Positions 38,647-49,306 of a stretch of 64,000 bases of DNA are shown piece after piece (positions within the stretch are counted from its first letter, which is position 1; every line of letters starts with the position of its first letter). The DNA lies in the NCBI GenBank assembly GCA_964346715.1, contig CAYFVY010000001.1:7880-71879 (forward strand), given 5' to 3'. Below the pieces are notes generated by a model that was not told where the DNA came from, ran no database searches, and saw nothing but the letters and a program-made list of their open reading frames with translations. Position numbers and translations under genes: made by a program. This DNA is from an uncultured Pelistega sp. Its GTDB lineage: Bacteria; Pseudomonadota; Gammaproteobacteria; Burkholderiales; Burkholderiaceae_B.

Positions 38647-38805
38647 TGTCAGATATAGAGCATTGAATTTATTGAAATTATTGTATTTATTAAACATAAG
38701 CCCTATGAGAAGACTGTATTTCTCACTATATTCCATCTAACAACTATATAATGGCTAACACCTATATAATATTAAAATCCTTAACTTCTTAGTAAAAAAA
38801 CCATT

Positions 38806-39306
38806 ATGTTAATTGCTGTCTATCCTGGTACGTTTGACCCCCTAACTCGTGGCCACGAAGATCTCGTCCGTCGAGCTTCTAGTATTTTTGACAAAGTTAT
38901 TGTGGGTGTAGCTGCCAGTCATCGCAAAAATCCCTTCTTTACGCTTGAAGAGCGTTTAGAAATTGCTGAAGAGGTTTTGGAGCATTACTCTAATGTAGAA
39001 ATCAAATCGTTTGATGGTCTACTTAAGGACTTTGTTCGTCAAGAAGACGCGCGCGTTATTATTCGTGGCTTACGTGCAGTTTCAGACTTCGAATATGAGT
39101 TCCAAATGGCAGGTATGAACCGATACCAGCTTCCTGATGTCGAAACTTTATTTATGACACCTTCTGACCAATATCAGTTTATTTCAGGCACCTTTGTCCG
39201 TGAAATTGCCATCTTTGGTGGTGACGTAAGTAAGTTCGTCTTCCCTTCTGTTGAGCGTTGGCTAAATGAAAAAGTAGCCGCTCGCAAACAAAATGCAGCT
39301 AAATAA
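38806..39306 (+). CDS. coaD: Phosphopantetheine adenylyltransferase
   Basis: It carries YPGTFDP.T.GH, ISGT and VRE motifs. Confidence 0.95.
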   Translation: MLIAVYPGTFDPLTRGHEDLVRRASSIFDKVIVGVAASHRKNPFFTLEERLEIAEEVLEHYSNVEIKSFDGLLKDFVRQEDARVIIRGLRAVSDFEYEFQMAGMNRYQLPDVETLFMTPSDQYQFISGTFVREIAIFGGDVSKFVFPSVERWLNEKVAARKQNAAK

Positions 39307-39377
39307 ACTGCATTAACGTTACGCTAGCAATTCTACGCTGACATAATTACTTTTCATTTCAACGAAATGGTGTAGGT

Positions 39378-39632
39378 ATGGCTTTAATTATTAATGATGA
39401 GTGTATTAACTGTGATGTCTGTGAACCACAGTGTCCTAACGATGCGATTTACATGGGTAAAGAAATTTATGAAATTGACCCTGAGAAATGCACCGAATGT
39501 GTAGGTCACCATGATGAACCTCAATGCATGGTGGTCTGCCCTGTTGACTGTATTGACCCTCATCCCGACTATCAAGAGTCGCCGGACGAACTTATGGCGA
39601 AATTCAGAAAACTCACGGCAGTTAAGGCATAA
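39378..39632 (+). CDS. YfhL-family 4Fe-4S dicluster ferredoxin
   Basis: It has two CxxCxxCxxxCP-type motifs (CINCDVCEPQCP; CTECVGH..QCMVVCP) and is 84 aa. Confidence 0.9.
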   Translation: MALIINDECINCDVCEPQCPNDAIYMGKEIYEIDPEKCTECVGHHDEPQCMVVCPVDCIDPHPDYQESPDELMAKFRKLTAVKA

Positions 39633-39676
39633 AGTATTCAGGCAATAGTCTGTGCAAGCTAATCAGCACATACACT

Positions 39677-39705
39677 AAGGGAGTTCATAACGAACTCCCT
39701 TTTTT
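39677..39705 (+). terminator. Rho-independent terminator after the ferredoxin gene
   Basis: aagggagttc-ataac-gaactccctt is followed by TTTTT. Confidence 0.8.
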
Positions 39706-39831
39706 ATACCTTAAGCCTTTTTCTTAAGCTTTATCGCGTACACATTATAATCTCAGCAATAAGCCGCTAAGCCAATTTAAGCAATCAGTGTCTAGGGACA
39801 AAGTTAATTGATATGTAAGATAAAGTGTAAG

Positions 39832-40209
39832 CTAAACGGGACTTGCCTCATCCGGATGCAATTTCATTAAACGTACTGGACGATCGAAATACGTCGATAG
39901 CCAAGCATGAGCAAGATCGCCTTCAGTAACAGCTCTGACTGGCTTATTATCCGCTAAATAAACTTGCTCAAACGCCTCATCATCATCCTCTAACACGTCC
40001 ATCGGAATATCAAGACGCAACATACCGGGTGCACGTAAAACCAAGTAAGAAAAACGCACTTCCGTACTGAGTTCACTTAAAGCAGGGATATCCTTATCTA
40101 AAGCATGACCACTCTCATCAACTAAGAACCAGCGTAAGTGATATTGCGGGTCTGCCGCTCGATCACAGGGAGCGCATTGGATAATAGCTTGCAACTTAGT
40201 TTCTGACAT
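39832..40209 (-). CDS. Stand-alone MOSC N-terminal beta-barrel domain protein
   Basis: It shows the pattern R.FLVDE.G..L......L.......LVLRAPGM..L..P...........V......A..GD.A..WLS.YF.RPVRL, typical of MOSC_N. No MOSC catalytic domain follows. Confidence 0.6.
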   Translation of the reverse strand: MSETKLQAIIQCAPCDRAADPQYHLRWFLVDESGHALDKDIPALSELSTEVRFSYLVLRAPGMLRLDIPMDVLEDDDEAFEQVYLADNKPVRAVTEGDLAHAWLSTYFDRPVRLMKLHPDEASPV

Positions 40210-40255
40210 AACAACTCACTTCAATTTATAAATACAGATAGTGTTAAACATACGC

Positions 40256-42745
40256 TTACTCCTGCTTGATGGTACCAAGTTCAATACGTAAATTTTGTCT
40301 TGGCCCCTGAATCAGAAGCGGTAAAGTAACACGCTTAACTTGGAATACAATCCCGCCTTGCTGAACCTTAAGCGGTTGAAGACTTTGGAATAGTAGAGGC
40401 ACCTCGGCTTTATCATCCTGCCAATTATAGTAACTTGGTGGGCTCTGCATAGTTAGCTTACCTATATCAGCAAGAACATCTAGCTGGGTAAAATTAATTT
40501 GCTGTTGCGCTACATCAGCCTTCAAGGAGATTTTCTCAAAAGGGGTTTGTTTCGTTAGGTCTACATTTAAAGCGCCCAAGGAACCATCTTGCAGGCCATA
40601 GTACATTAAAGGATCACGTAACAACTCGGCCACATTGATTCCATGAAATATCCCATTATCGGCCTGTATTTCAACTTGACCGTGAAGGTGCTTTAACAAG
40701 TCTGCTTCAACTAAACCATAGGAGCGCATCTCAAGATGCAAATCAACTAGACCCGTTAATAAGGCCTGCCCCTTAAGTTGTTTTAATAAGCTTTCTGCCT
40801 GCACCTGCGTAAAGCGCGCATCTGTACGCAAAGCACTGGTCGTTACCGCATATTCGCCATTAGCACTTAATTGACCACCAAACACATCCGCTTTTAAGGA
40901 TTTAATTTGTACATCTTGTCGGTCGAATATTAAAGTGGCACCCACATTATTTAAGACAACATCATGATAATTTAATTCTTTAAAATTAAATGTTCCAACC
41001 CCACTTAAGCGCGCCAAAAGCTCTTGCTTAAAATTTAAATTAATATTTTCCAAGCCTTCTCGTGGTTCAGTGGCCTTGGTAATTTGCTCTTGAATAGCAG
41101 CTGGCTTATCGCTGTTTTTTGTATCGGCTAGACGCTTATCATTCTCCGTCTTACTGCTATCAGTCTTATCCACCGTAGAGTCGATTAAAGCTAAATCAGC
41201 AAAAAAATCATCTAAGCGGAATTTATCAGCTGAGACATCAAAGCTGATACGCGGTTTAAATATATTAGTGAAAATGCCGCTTATCGCTAGCTTGCCTTGT
41301 GAGTTTAAAAAACTTAGCTGAAAGTCTGAGCGATCTTGCAAAATATTAGTCTTTAACATTCCCGTCATCGGAAACGTTAATTTTTCCTGTGCAACATCCT
41401 GTAAATTCACTTCCCCTTGTATATAGGGCAATGTAACGGTTTGTTCAAACAGATTAAATTTACCTGCAGATTGCAAACTAATCTCTAATTTGTTGTTTTC
41501 ATCAGGCTGATACAGCCCTGTCAGCTGTACTTGCTCAACATTTAAATCTTGTGCAACACCGCTAATATTACTCAAACTAAAACCAAGGTCAATCTTTTGC
41601 TCGGTACGTTGAATGGCAATCTTACCATTCAGAGGCTTACCGCCTGCTTGAGTTGGGGATACATTCAACTCAGGACTACGCAACTCGATATCAATCGCTT
41701 GAGCATCTTTACGTTGTATGCGACTATTTAAGGCAAAGTTCTGTAAACCCAGGCTTAAATCTGAGGCGTTATAACTCAACTGCGGTGCCGTCATATCAAG
41801 GCGTAGATTATCCGTCGAACTCTCCTCTAGACCTTTGCCTTGCACACTTAACTCAACCGATTTACCGAAAATTGCATAAGATAAGGTATCGAGGTTGAAG
41901 TCTCCCGACAAATTAGCTTTACTCAAATCTAGCTCTTGAATACGCCCAAGGAGGCTAGCACGCAGTTTTTGCGCTGAGTATTGCTGTTTTTCTGGGTTGA
42001 GTAAGAGTAAGCCACTCACATCTAGTGTTGCCGCTGCTTGTGGCTTCTCGCCGTTGACATCGGCTTGCATATGGAAATCGAAAGCTTGGCCAACAGTGAT
42101 GCGACCTGTATCAATTTGCACATTATCTAATTGCACTTTATGTCCTAAAGCCAAATCCTCATAATTGATTTGCGCTTTTTGCAGCACCATACCGGCCACA
42201 TCAACTTTAAAATCTGTCTTAGCCAACCACTCCAGTAATGAATCATTGACAGCTTGCGGATTATCAAGACTTATCACTTCCGGAAGTGTTTCTGCTTGAT
42301 TTGCTGTGCTTAAATCTGTTGTTGAACTCGTCTGTTCTTGATGCGATAAAGATAATAAATCATCAAAATTGAGTAAGCCTTCATGATCACGAGTAATCGT
42401 CGCTTTAAGCCCTGTGATCGCCATATGGTCAACTAAGAAACGATTACTAATCAACGGCCAGATGGCCACAGCAAGACGCATATTATCCACATGGATAAAC
42501 TGCTCATTCGAACCACGCTCGCTGAGACTCACATCGGATGCATTAAGACCAATGCGAGGAAATAAAGACAGTTTAATATCCCCATTAACCTGTAATTCTC
42601 GGTTATATTCAGACTTGACCATAGAGGCTAATTTATTTTTATAGACCGTTGTATCAAAGGTCAGAATAAAAATAGCAACCCCGATAAAGGCCGCGATTAA
42701 GAGTACAACACAGGCAATCAATATGCCTTTTAGCCACTTCTTCAT
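40256..42745 (-). CDS. asmA: AsmA family outer-membrane biogenesis protein
   Basis: It is 829 aa with a single N-terminal TM anchor followed by a long beta-rich repetitive periplasmic region typical of AsmA. Confidence 0.8.
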   Translation of the reverse strand: MKKWLKGILIACVVLLIAAFIGVAIFILTFDTTVYKNKLASMVKSEYNRELQVNGDIKLSLFPRIGLNASDVSLSERGSNEQFIHVDNMRLAVAIWPLISNRFLVDHMAITGLKATITRDHEGLLNFDDLLSLSHQEQTSSTTDLSTANQAETLPEVISLDNPQAVNDSLLEWLAKTDFKVDVAGMVLQKAQINYEDLALGHKVQLDNVQIDTGRITVGQAFDFHMQADVNGEKPQAAATLDVSGLLLLNPEKQQYSAQKLRASLLGRIQELDLSKANLSGDFNLDTLSYAIFGKSVELSVQGKGLEESSTDNLRLDMTAPQLSYNASDLSLGLQNFALNSRIQRKDAQAIDIELRSPELNVSPTQAGGKPLNGKIAIQRTEQKIDLGFSLSNISGVAQDLNVEQVQLTGLYQPDENNKLEISLQSAGKFNLFEQTVTLPYIQGEVNLQDVAQEKLTFPMTGMLKTNILQDRSDFQLSFLNSQGKLAISGIFTNIFKPRISFDVSADKFRLDDFFADLALIDSTVDKTDSSKTENDKRLADTKNSDKPAAIQEQITKATEPREGLENINLNFKQELLARLSGVGTFNFKELNYHDVVLNNVGATLIFDRQDVQIKSLKADVFGGQLSANGEYAVTTSALRTDARFTQVQAESLLKQLKGQALLTGLVDLHLEMRSYGLVEADLLKHLHGQVEIQADNGIFHGINVAELLRDPLMYYGLQDGSLGALNVDLTKQTPFEKISLKADVAQQQINFTQLDVLADIGKLTMQSPPSYYNWQDDKAEVPLLFQSLQPLKVQQGGIVFQVKRVTLPLLIQGPRQNLRIELGTIKQE

Positions 42746-42780
42746 GAATTAGTCTTCTAAGCCGTCAATCAATTATTGGG

Positions 42781-43539
42781 TTAGTTATTAAATGCCTTCA
42801 TACTCATTTTTAAGACATCCATACCTGTCATCAATACAAAACTCAATTCCTTCAGTGCAGAATCACTCTCAGAACGAATGCGTCGTACAGCATCAGAATT
42901 AGCGGTTAGGGTTGACTCAAAGGCAAGGCTGCCCATCGCCATAGAGAAGGTATAGGTTACTGCACGCAATACAGTAGGATGATCTTCTGGTAAGTCAAAG
43001 TATTGGGCAAAAATTTGACTGATACGCACAATATTTGGAAAGGTGCCCCGCTGCATAAGCTCAAGACCAAAATTCGATGGCTCTATATATTCACGCACGA
43101 GAACTTTGGCGTACCAAGGAGTTTCAGAAAGCAAGAAAACACCGAATATATGTTCTAAATAAGTACGAACTCGCTCACGAGGGCTCATAATATCGCCAAT
43201 TGTGTCCAACTTGAGTAATAGATTGTCAGTTAGCTGACGTTGAGCCTCAGCTAAGACCTCACGGTACAAGGCCGATTTACCACCAAAGTGGTAGTTTACG
43301 GAGGCTAAGTTAACATTTGCTCGTTGACAAATAGTTTTACTCGAACCTGCTGAGTAGCCCTGCTCGGCAAATACCTTACAGGCTTCTTCTAGCAAAGCCT
43401 CACGCGTTACCTCACCGTCAAAGCGTGCTTGACGTAAGGTAGTTATGGGCGCGGAACCAGTCTTCAGATCATCTTCTAAATCTGAACCAAGATTATTGCT
43501 ATCAGCATCAAGAAGTGTGGGATCAATTTTTCTAATCAT
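42781..43539 (-). CDS. TetR/AcrR family transcriptional regulator
   Basis: It has an N-terminal TetR HTH (FAEQGYSAGSSKTICQRANVNLASVNYHFGGK). It lies 35 nt upstream of asmA on the same strand. Confidence 0.85.
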   Translation of the reverse strand: MIRKIDPTLLDADSNNLGSDLEDDLKTGSAPITTLRQARFDGEVTREALLEEACKVFAEQGYSAGSSKTICQRANVNLASVNYHFGGKSALYREVLAEAQRQLTDNLLLKLDTIGDIMSPRERVRTYLEHIFGVFLLSETPWYAKVLVREYIEPSNFGLELMQRGTFPNIVRISQIFAQYFDLPEDHPTVLRAVTYTFSMAMGSLAFESTLTANSDAVRRIRSESDSALKELSFVLMTGMDVLKMSMKAFNN

Positions 43540-43595
43540 AATGCCTCCTTCACCCAGCTATAATTAACAAAAAGTAACGCCTATTTGATACTAGT

Positions 43596-44687
43596 TTACA
43601 CGTTAAATAAGAAATTCAGCACATCACCATCTTTAACAATATATTCTTTACCTTCGGCGCGCATCTTACCTGCTTCTTTAGCACCTTGCTCACCCTTGAA
43701 AGTAATGTAATCGTCATAGCTAATGGTTTGAGCACGAATAAAACCACGCTCAAAGTCAGTATGAATCACACCAGCAGCTTTAGGCGCTGTATCACCAACA
43801 CGAATAGTCCAAGCACGGACTTCTTTAACACCTGCGGTGAAGTAGGTCTGTAAACCAAGCAATTTATAACCCGCGCGAATAACACGATTTAAACCAGGCT
43901 CATCCATACCCATATCTTCAAGGAAGACTGTCTTATCTTCATCTTCCAAGTCAGCAATTTCTGCTTCAATGGCAGCGCATACAGCGACTACTGGTGAATG
44001 CTCAGATTCAGCATATTGACGCACGGCATCAAGATGAGGATTATTCTCAAAACCGTCTTCTTTGACATTCGCCACATACATCGCAGGCTTTGCGGTAATA
44101 AAACCAAAGTGACGAATCGCACTTAATTCATCCTCATCTAAATCTAATGAGCGAATCGGTCGTGCCTCATTCAGCACAGGTACAATTTTTTCTAGCACTG
44201 CGGTGAGTTTTTGTGCTTCTTTATCACCAGCACGAGCAACTTTTTGTGCGCGCAATAAGGCTTTTTCCGCTGAGGCTAAGTCAGCTAAAGCCAACTCAGT
44301 ATTAATTACTTCAATATCGTTAATGGGATCGACACGGCCAGCCACATGAACCACGTTCTCATCTTCAAAGCAACGTACCACATGAACAACGGCATCCGTT
44401 TCACGAATATTCGCCAAGAATTGGTTACCTAGGCCTTCACCTTTGGAGGCACCAGCCACTAAACCAGCAATATCCACAAACTCAACTGTAGCTGGGAGTA
44501 CTCGCTCTGGGTTTACAATCTTCGCTAATTCATCTAAACGCGTATCAGGCACTTCAACAATACCTACGTTAGGCTCAATCGTACAGAAAGGATAGTTTTC
44601 CGCTGCAATACCTGCCTTAGTTAAGGCATTAAATAAAGTAGATTTTCCAACGTTAGGCAGACCAACGATGCCACACTGCAGTGCCAT
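43596..44687 (-). CDS. ychF: Ribosome-binding ATPase YchF
   Basis: It has [22 protein letters not shown] and a TGS domain, and is 363 aa. Confidence 0.96.
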   Translation of the reverse strand: MALQCGIVGLPNVGKSTLFNALTKAGIAAENYPFCTIEPNVGIVEVPDTRLDELAKIVNPERVLPATVEFVDIAGLVAGASKGEGLGNQFLANIRETDAVVHVVRCFEDENVVHVAGRVDPINDIEVINTELALADLASAEKALLRAQKVARAGDKEAQKLTAVLEKIVPVLNEARPIRSLDLDEDELSAIRHFGFITAKPAMYVANVKEDGFENNPHLDAVRQYAESEHSPVVAVCAAIEAEIADLEDEDKTVFLEDMGMDEPGLNRVIRAGYKLLGLQTYFTAGVKEVRAWTIRVGDTAPKAAGVIHTDFERGFIRAQTISYDDYITFKGEQGAKEAGKMRAEGKEYIVKDGDVLNFLFNV

Positions 44688-44773
44688 AGTATTCCTTAAA
44701 ATTCAAATAGCCCCTCCTAAACAAGAGGAGACAAACACTTATCAATAAAAATTCAAAATTTGCTGTAAACTCA

Positions 44774-45541
44774 CTAAGCGTTCAGCACCTGCTCAGGCAA
44801 CCACTGAGACAATAGAAGCATCAGTAGGATGGGGCCGCCATTAAAAAGTGCATGCATAAGCACAGCGCAAGCCATGCTATCTCTCATTCGCATCCAAGCC
44901 ACGACAAGCCCAGTCACCCACTGTGGCAGAATCAACAAAGGAACTAACCATGTCAAATTATCGCCAAACTGATAATTCATGAGATGCATGGCCGCAAAGC
45001 TCAGAACGGAGACATGAAAAATCAAAGGGAACCACTGTCGATAATAGCGTCGCCACTTATAAGGCAAGGCATAGTCCTCACCCGTTTGTCGCCATAAATC
45101 AAATAAAAACAGTAAAAATGATAATAACACAACTAGAGCGACACTTAGGGTATTCGGCCCGTTATGCAGCACGTAAATCATCACTGGAACCACTAGCAAA
45201 ATCAACTTTGGACGGCGCAGACCATAACGGAACAGTAGCTCTTCCACTATAGGGGCCCAAAAAGTCGCCAGTAAAAACAAATAGGGTATATCTAAACTAA
45301 TTTGGTGCTTGGCACCCAAGGACTCTGCCACGCCAATCGCAATAGGCGCGAGAAAACCAATATTCAATAGCCAAAGAAAAAAGGCCCATTTTAAAAGTAG
45401 CTTAAAAGGTGTATGAACTTTTAGGTCACTCCACCAACCATCACCCCGACGTCCATTCGCAATCCGTGGACCAAAGCTTGGTCGCTTGACAAAGGCCCAA
45501 AATGCTTTTAAATCATTTTTAAAGGTGAGTTGAGATGACAC
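44774..45541 (-). CDS. CPBP family intramembrane glutamic endopeptidase (CAAX/Abi-like)
   Basis: It is a multi-TM protein with the motifs EELLFRYGLR, FAAMH and HALFNG. Confidence 0.8.
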   Translation of the reverse strand: MSSQLTFKNDLKAFWAFVKRPSFGPRIANGRRGDGWWSDLKVHTPFKLLLKWAFFLWLLNIGFLAPIAIGVAESLGAKHQISLDIPYLFLLATFWAPIVEELLFRYGLRRPKLILLVVPVMIYVLHNGPNTLSVALVVLLSFLLFLFDLWRQTGEDYALPYKWRRYYRQWFPLIFHVSVLSFAAMHLMNYQFGDNLTWLVPLLILPQWVTGLVVAWMRMRDSMACAVLMHALFNGGPILLMLLLSQWLPEQVLNA

Positions 45542-45553
45542 TAAATAGTCCTT

Positions 45554-46144
45554 TTAGCTTTTAGCTGCAAGTTCACGTGAAGCTAAATTATAATCGCCTT
45601 TTAAAAGAGCTTGGACACTTTTGCTCGCGCGCGCTAAGCTATCTTCAATCAAAGGCATATCTTCTTTACGTGGCATATGTAATACATAATCAGCAACTTG
45701 TTGCGTTAGGCCCATAGTACGCGGATGTCCGATCCCGATGCGCATACGTAGAAAATCTGGACTGCCCATCTGCGCTTGAATATCTCTTAAACCATTATGC
45801 CCAGCATGGCCACCACCCTTCTTGAGCTTGACCTGACCCGGCAAGAGATCTAATTCATCGTGTAGAACTAAGATTTCATCCACTGGTATTTTATAAAATT
45901 GGGCGAGAGCGCGCACAGCTTGACCTGAGCGATTCATATAGGTCATCGGTTTTAAGAAATAAAGATTGCCATCAATCGTCTTGGTTTTCGCCACTTGACC
46001 TGAAAAGCCAGCTTCCACTGTAAAACTGGTGTGATACATATCAGCCAACTGATCTAGCAACCAAAATCCTACATTATGGCGTGTGGCCTCATATTGTGGC
46101 CCTGGGTTTCCAAGTCCCACAATAAGTCGAATAGTTTGATTCAC
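45554..46144 (-). CDS. pth: Peptidyl-tRNA hydrolase
   Basis: It carries GLGNPG..Y..TRHN.GF and GHNG motifs. Confidence 0.96.
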   Translation of the reverse strand: MNQTIRLIVGLGNPGPQYEATRHNVGFWLLDQLADMYHTSFTVEAGFSGQVAKTKTIDGNLYFLKPMTYMNRSGQAVRALAQFYKIPVDEILVLHDELDLLPGQVKLKKGGGHAGHNGLRDIQAQMGSPDFLRMRIGIGHPRTMGLTQQVADYVLHMPRKEDMPLIEDSLARASKSVQALLKGDYNLASRELAAKS

Positions 46145-46169
46145 AACTCTTAACCTTTACTTTACAAAC

Positions 46170-46207
46170 AAAATCCCCCGTAAGCTTAACGCAGAACGGG
46201 GGATTTT
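46170..46207 (-). terminator. Hairpin with a T run between rplY and pth (terminator or attenuator)
   Basis: aaaatcccccgt-N14-acgggggatttt. On the minus strand it is followed by ttttgtttgt. Confidence 0.6.
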
Positions 46208-46285
46208 GGAATGACTTAAGTGCAAAACCATCTGAAAACACTAAGGTAGAGTACCCGAGCATATAGGTGGTCTTGGCATTAAAGC

Positions 46286-46894
46286 TTATTCAGCAGCGGC
46301 TTCGCCCTCAGCTTCGCCTTCGTCAGAAGCTACTTTAGCACCGCGTGGAGCGATAGCAGAAGCTAATACTTCGTCTTCAGGCGCTACAAACGTAACACCT
46401 GCAGGTGCAACGATTGAACCTAAGTGAACCACTTGACCAGACTCAACCTCAGCTAAGTCAACAACGATCTCAACTGGCAAGTCTTTCGGCAAGCAAGTGA
46501 TTTCGATTTCGTTCAACACACGAGAAATGTTCTCACTGTGCAATTTAACTGCTGGAGATAATTCTTCGTTGATGAAGGTTAATGGTACTTTAGTGGTGAT
46601 CGCTTGACCCGCTTGAATGCGTTGGAAGTCAACGTGAAGCACTTGTTGTTTGTATGGGTGCCATTGAACAGCACGTAATAATACGCGCTCAACTTTACCG
46701 TCTAAGTTCATCTCTAGTACTGAAGCGTGGAATTCGCTCTTACGTACAGCGTGGTAAATTTGGTTGTGGTCAAGTTCGATGCTAACAGCTTCACCTTTGC
46801 CACCGTAAACGATGCCAGGTACGCTACCAGCACGACGCAGGCGGCGGCTCGCACTCGAACCCTGAACGTCACGCGATTTTGCGTTAAATTTCAT
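46286..46894 (-). CDS. rplY: 50S ribosomal protein L25 / general stress protein Ctc
   Basis: It has long-form L25 sequence (R...G.VP...YG) with an acidic C-terminal tail, in the conserved prs-rplY-pth order. Confidence 0.95.
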   Translation of the reverse strand: MKFNAKSRDVQGSSASRRLRRAGSVPGIVYGGKGEAVSIELDHNQIYHAVRKSEFHASVLEMNLDGKVERVLLRAVQWHPYKQQVLHVDFQRIQAGQAITTKVPLTFINEELSPAVKLHSENISRVLNEIEITCLPKDLPVEIVVDLAEVESGQVVHLGSIVAPAGVTFVAPEDEVLASAIAPRGAKVASDEGEAEGEAAAE

Positions 46895-46930
46895 GGAATA
46901 CTCCGAATATAAAAACGTATAAAACTACAT

Positions 46931-46958
46931 AAAAAAGTTTACGCCCTAAGACGTAAAC
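46931..46958 (-). terminator. Hairpin with a T6 run after prs (minus strand)
   Basis: gtttacg-N8-cgtaaac is followed by TTTTTT on the minus strand. A second hairpin, gttgatgc/gcatcaac, lies at about 46968-46991. Confidence 0.5.
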
Positions 46959-47000
46959 CGTGATTCAGTTGATGCCGCGACCAGCATCAACCAGAATTTA

Positions 47001-47951
47001 TTATTCCGCAAACATTGAGCTCACAGACTCTGATTGCGAAATACGTAAAATGGTCTCACCCAAGAGAGCCGCTGAAGACAATTGGCGGATCTTAGGACAG
47101 GCAGCTGCTGCTTCAGTAAGAGGAATGGTATCAGTAACCACCAACTCATCAATCTCTGAAGAGCCAATGCGCTCAATAGCACTACCAGATAGAACAGCGT
47201 GCGTACAGTAAGCATAAACTGCTTTCGCACCACGCTCTTTAAGAGCTGAAGCTGCTTTGGTTAGGGTACCAGCCGTATCCACCATATCATCCATGATAAT
47301 ACAGGTACGGCCATCAACCTCACCAATGATATTCATCACTTCAGACACATTGGCACGTGGACGACGCTTGTCAATAATCGCTAGGTCAGCTTCAAGCTGT
47401 TTAGCCAAAGCACGAGCGCGTACAACACCACCGATGTCTGGAGATACAACCACGAGGTCTTTAAATTGGCGACGATCGATATCGGCCAATAGCACAGGAC
47501 CCGCATAAATATTATCTACAGGAATATCAAAGAAACCCTGGATCTGGTCAGCGTGTAAGTCCATGGTTAGAACTCGGTCAACACCTACAGACTGCAACAT
47601 ATTGGCTACTACTTTAGCTGTAATCGCTACACGTGCTGAACGTGGACGACGAGCTTGGTGCGCATAACCAAAGTATGGAATCGCTGCGGTAAGAGTACCT
47701 GCAGATGCACGACGCAAGGCATCTACCAAGGTCAGGATTTCCATCAAGTTGTCATTGGTTGGTGCACATGTTGGTTGCAATACGAAGACATCGCGACCGC
47801 GAACATTCTCTAAAATCTCAACCATTACCTCACCATCAGAGAAACGACCTACAGTCATTTTTCCTAGTGACATATCTAAGTGATTGACGACATCAACAGC
47901 AAGCCTAGGATTAGCAGTGCCGGTAAAAATCATGAAGTTTTTTGTGGTCAT
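47001..47951 (-). CDS. prs: Ribose-phosphate pyrophosphokinase
   Basis: It has canonical Prs sequence (FSDGE, DLHA.QIQGFF, the PRPP loop [12 protein letters not shown]). Confidence 0.97.
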   Translation of the reverse strand: MTTKNFMIFTGTANPRLAVDVVNHLDMSLGKMTVGRFSDGEVMVEILENVRGRDVFVLQPTCAPTNDNLMEILTLVDALRRASAGTLTAAIPYFGYAHQARRPRSARVAITAKVVANMLQSVGVDRVLTMDLHADQIQGFFDIPVDNIYAGPVLLADIDRRQFKDLVVVSPDIGGVVRARALAKQLEADLAIIDKRRPRANVSEVMNIIGEVDGRTCIIMDDMVDTAGTLTKAASALKERGAKAVYAYCTHAVLSGSAIERIGSSEIDELVVTDTIPLTEAAAACPKIRQLSSAALLGETILRISQSESVSSMFAE

Positions 47952-47978
47952 GATAGTGCGGAGGGAGATAAGTAATAA

Positions 47979-48027
47979 GAAAAAAACCGTTTAGCAATAC
48001 AGCCAAATCTGGTGTCGCATAAACGGT
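47979..48027 (-). terminator. Possible terminator after tRNA-Gln
   Basis: accgttta-N26-taaacggt is followed by T7 on the minus strand. The long loop lowers confidence. Confidence 0.4.
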
Positions 48028-48043
48028 CTCATATAATTCGTGT

Positions 48044-48120
48044 TGGCTGGGGCGGAAGGATTCGAACCTTCGCATGCTGGAATCAAAATCCAGTGCCTTA
48101 ACCAGCTTGGCGACGCCCCA
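48044..48120 (-). tRNA. tRNA-Gln (anticodon UUG), CCA encoded
   Basis: The reverse complement reads TGGGGCGTCGCCAAGCTGGTTAAGGCACTGGATTTTGATTCCAGCATGCGAAGGTTCGAATCCTTCCGCCCCAGCCA. It folds as a cloverleaf with the anticodon loop UUUUGAU and a GGTTCGAATCC T-arm. Confidence 0.93.
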
Positions 48121-48254
48121 ACACTTGTCTTATTGGCTTGGCTTATTTAAATATGCCCTGCCTGACAAGAATTAAATTATACCCAAACTTTTATGATTTT
48201 GAAAAGGGCTTGTTGCAAAAAGCCATCAAGATTAGCCTTAGTGTTGTATTATTG

Positions 48255-49301
48255 TCACATTCTTGCCTTAATTAAGGCCTTAATCGGATGTTGTTTGACA
48301 CTACTACATGCTTGCACATGCTTAATCATTAGATTATTGCTTGAACTCTTCTGCCATATCATCGCCCAATCACGAATCTGCGTCGCTACGGCTTGCGCCT
48401 GCTCTGGTGTCGCTAAGGGTAAGAAAAAACAAGAACCAGAACCCGTCATACGTACAGGCCACCCCTGTTGGTGCAAAGCATCCACTAAGGACTTAAGCGA
48501 AGGATAGAGCGCTAAGGCCACCGCTTCTAAATCATTCTGACCGTAATAAAGCGAGTTGCTCTTACACACTACTGTACGCTCACCCACCTGTGCGCACTCA
48601 CCCTCTTCAGCCACCTGCTCTACATTCACGCAAAGCTTATCTGTTTCTACGTCTTCTAAGTAAGTTTGGACGTTATGCAAACCCTGAACTACAGAGGCAT
48701 AGTCCTGTACTGGTGTATCACGCTTAAGCTGCGGCGCCTTAAAAATAACAGGCGTGGGAATTTCCAGATCCGGCTGAATTAAGACATAGGCTTGAGGTTT
48801 TAATTCAATCGCTTGCAATTGCTCACCAATGCCTTGGGCAAAAGCATCTTGACCAAAAATGAACACCGGAACATCTGCACCTAACTGCACGCCTAGGGCA
48901 GCTAACTCGCTATCATCTAGACCAGTACCCCATAAGTAATTCAAGGCCATTAGGGTCGTTGCCGCATCGCTTGATCCCCCACCTAGACCTGCTCCACTGG
49001 GCAAATGCTTATCGACATGGATAGTAGCACCAAAGCTGGTACCCGTATGCTTCTGTAATAAACGGGCAGCTCGCACAACCAAGTCATCCTCGGCTGCGAC
49101 ACCCACTATATTACTTAAGCGCTGAATCTGACCATCTTGGCGACGCTCAAAGATAAGTTCGTCCTGCCAATCGACTAAGGTAAAGGCAGTCTGCAATAAA
49201 TGATAGCCATCGGCACGCTGCCCCACAACATGTAAAAACAGATTGAGTTTAGCCAGAGCGGGTACTCGTAGGCTAGCTTCAGTAGGATTCATGCTGCACA
49301 T
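48255..49301 (-). CDS. ispE: 4-diphosphocytidyl-2-C-methyl-D-erythritol kinase with internal insert
   Basis: It carries PAKLNLFLHV.G.R.DGYH and the GHMP motif PSGAGLGGGSSDAA. At 348 aa it is longer than the roughly 290 aa usual for this enzyme. Confidence 0.9.
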   Translation of the reverse strand: MCSMNPTEASLRVPALAKLNLFLHVVGQRADGYHLLQTAFTLVDWQDELIFERRQDGQIQRLSNIVGVAAEDDLVVRAARLLQKHTGTSFGATIHVDKHLPSGAGLGGGSSDAATTLMALNYLWGTGLDDSELAALGVQLGADVPVFIFGQDAFAQGIGEQLQAIELKPQAYVLIQPDLEIPTPVIFKAPQLKRDTPVQDYASVVQGLHNVQTYLEDVETDKLCVNVEQVAEEGECAQVGERTVVCKSNSLYYGQNDLEAVALALYPSLKSLVDALHQQGWPVRMTGSGSCFFLPLATPEQAQAVATQIRDWAMIWQKSSSNNLMIKHVQACSSVKQHPIKALIKARM

Positions 49302-49306
49302 TCAGA

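Noticed and set aside
48044-48254. Considered tRNA-Gln as a possible integration hotspot for a genomic island.
   Set aside because: Both flanks are conserved housekeeping genes (prs and ispE). There is no integrase, no direct repeat of the tRNA 3' end, and no compositional break.
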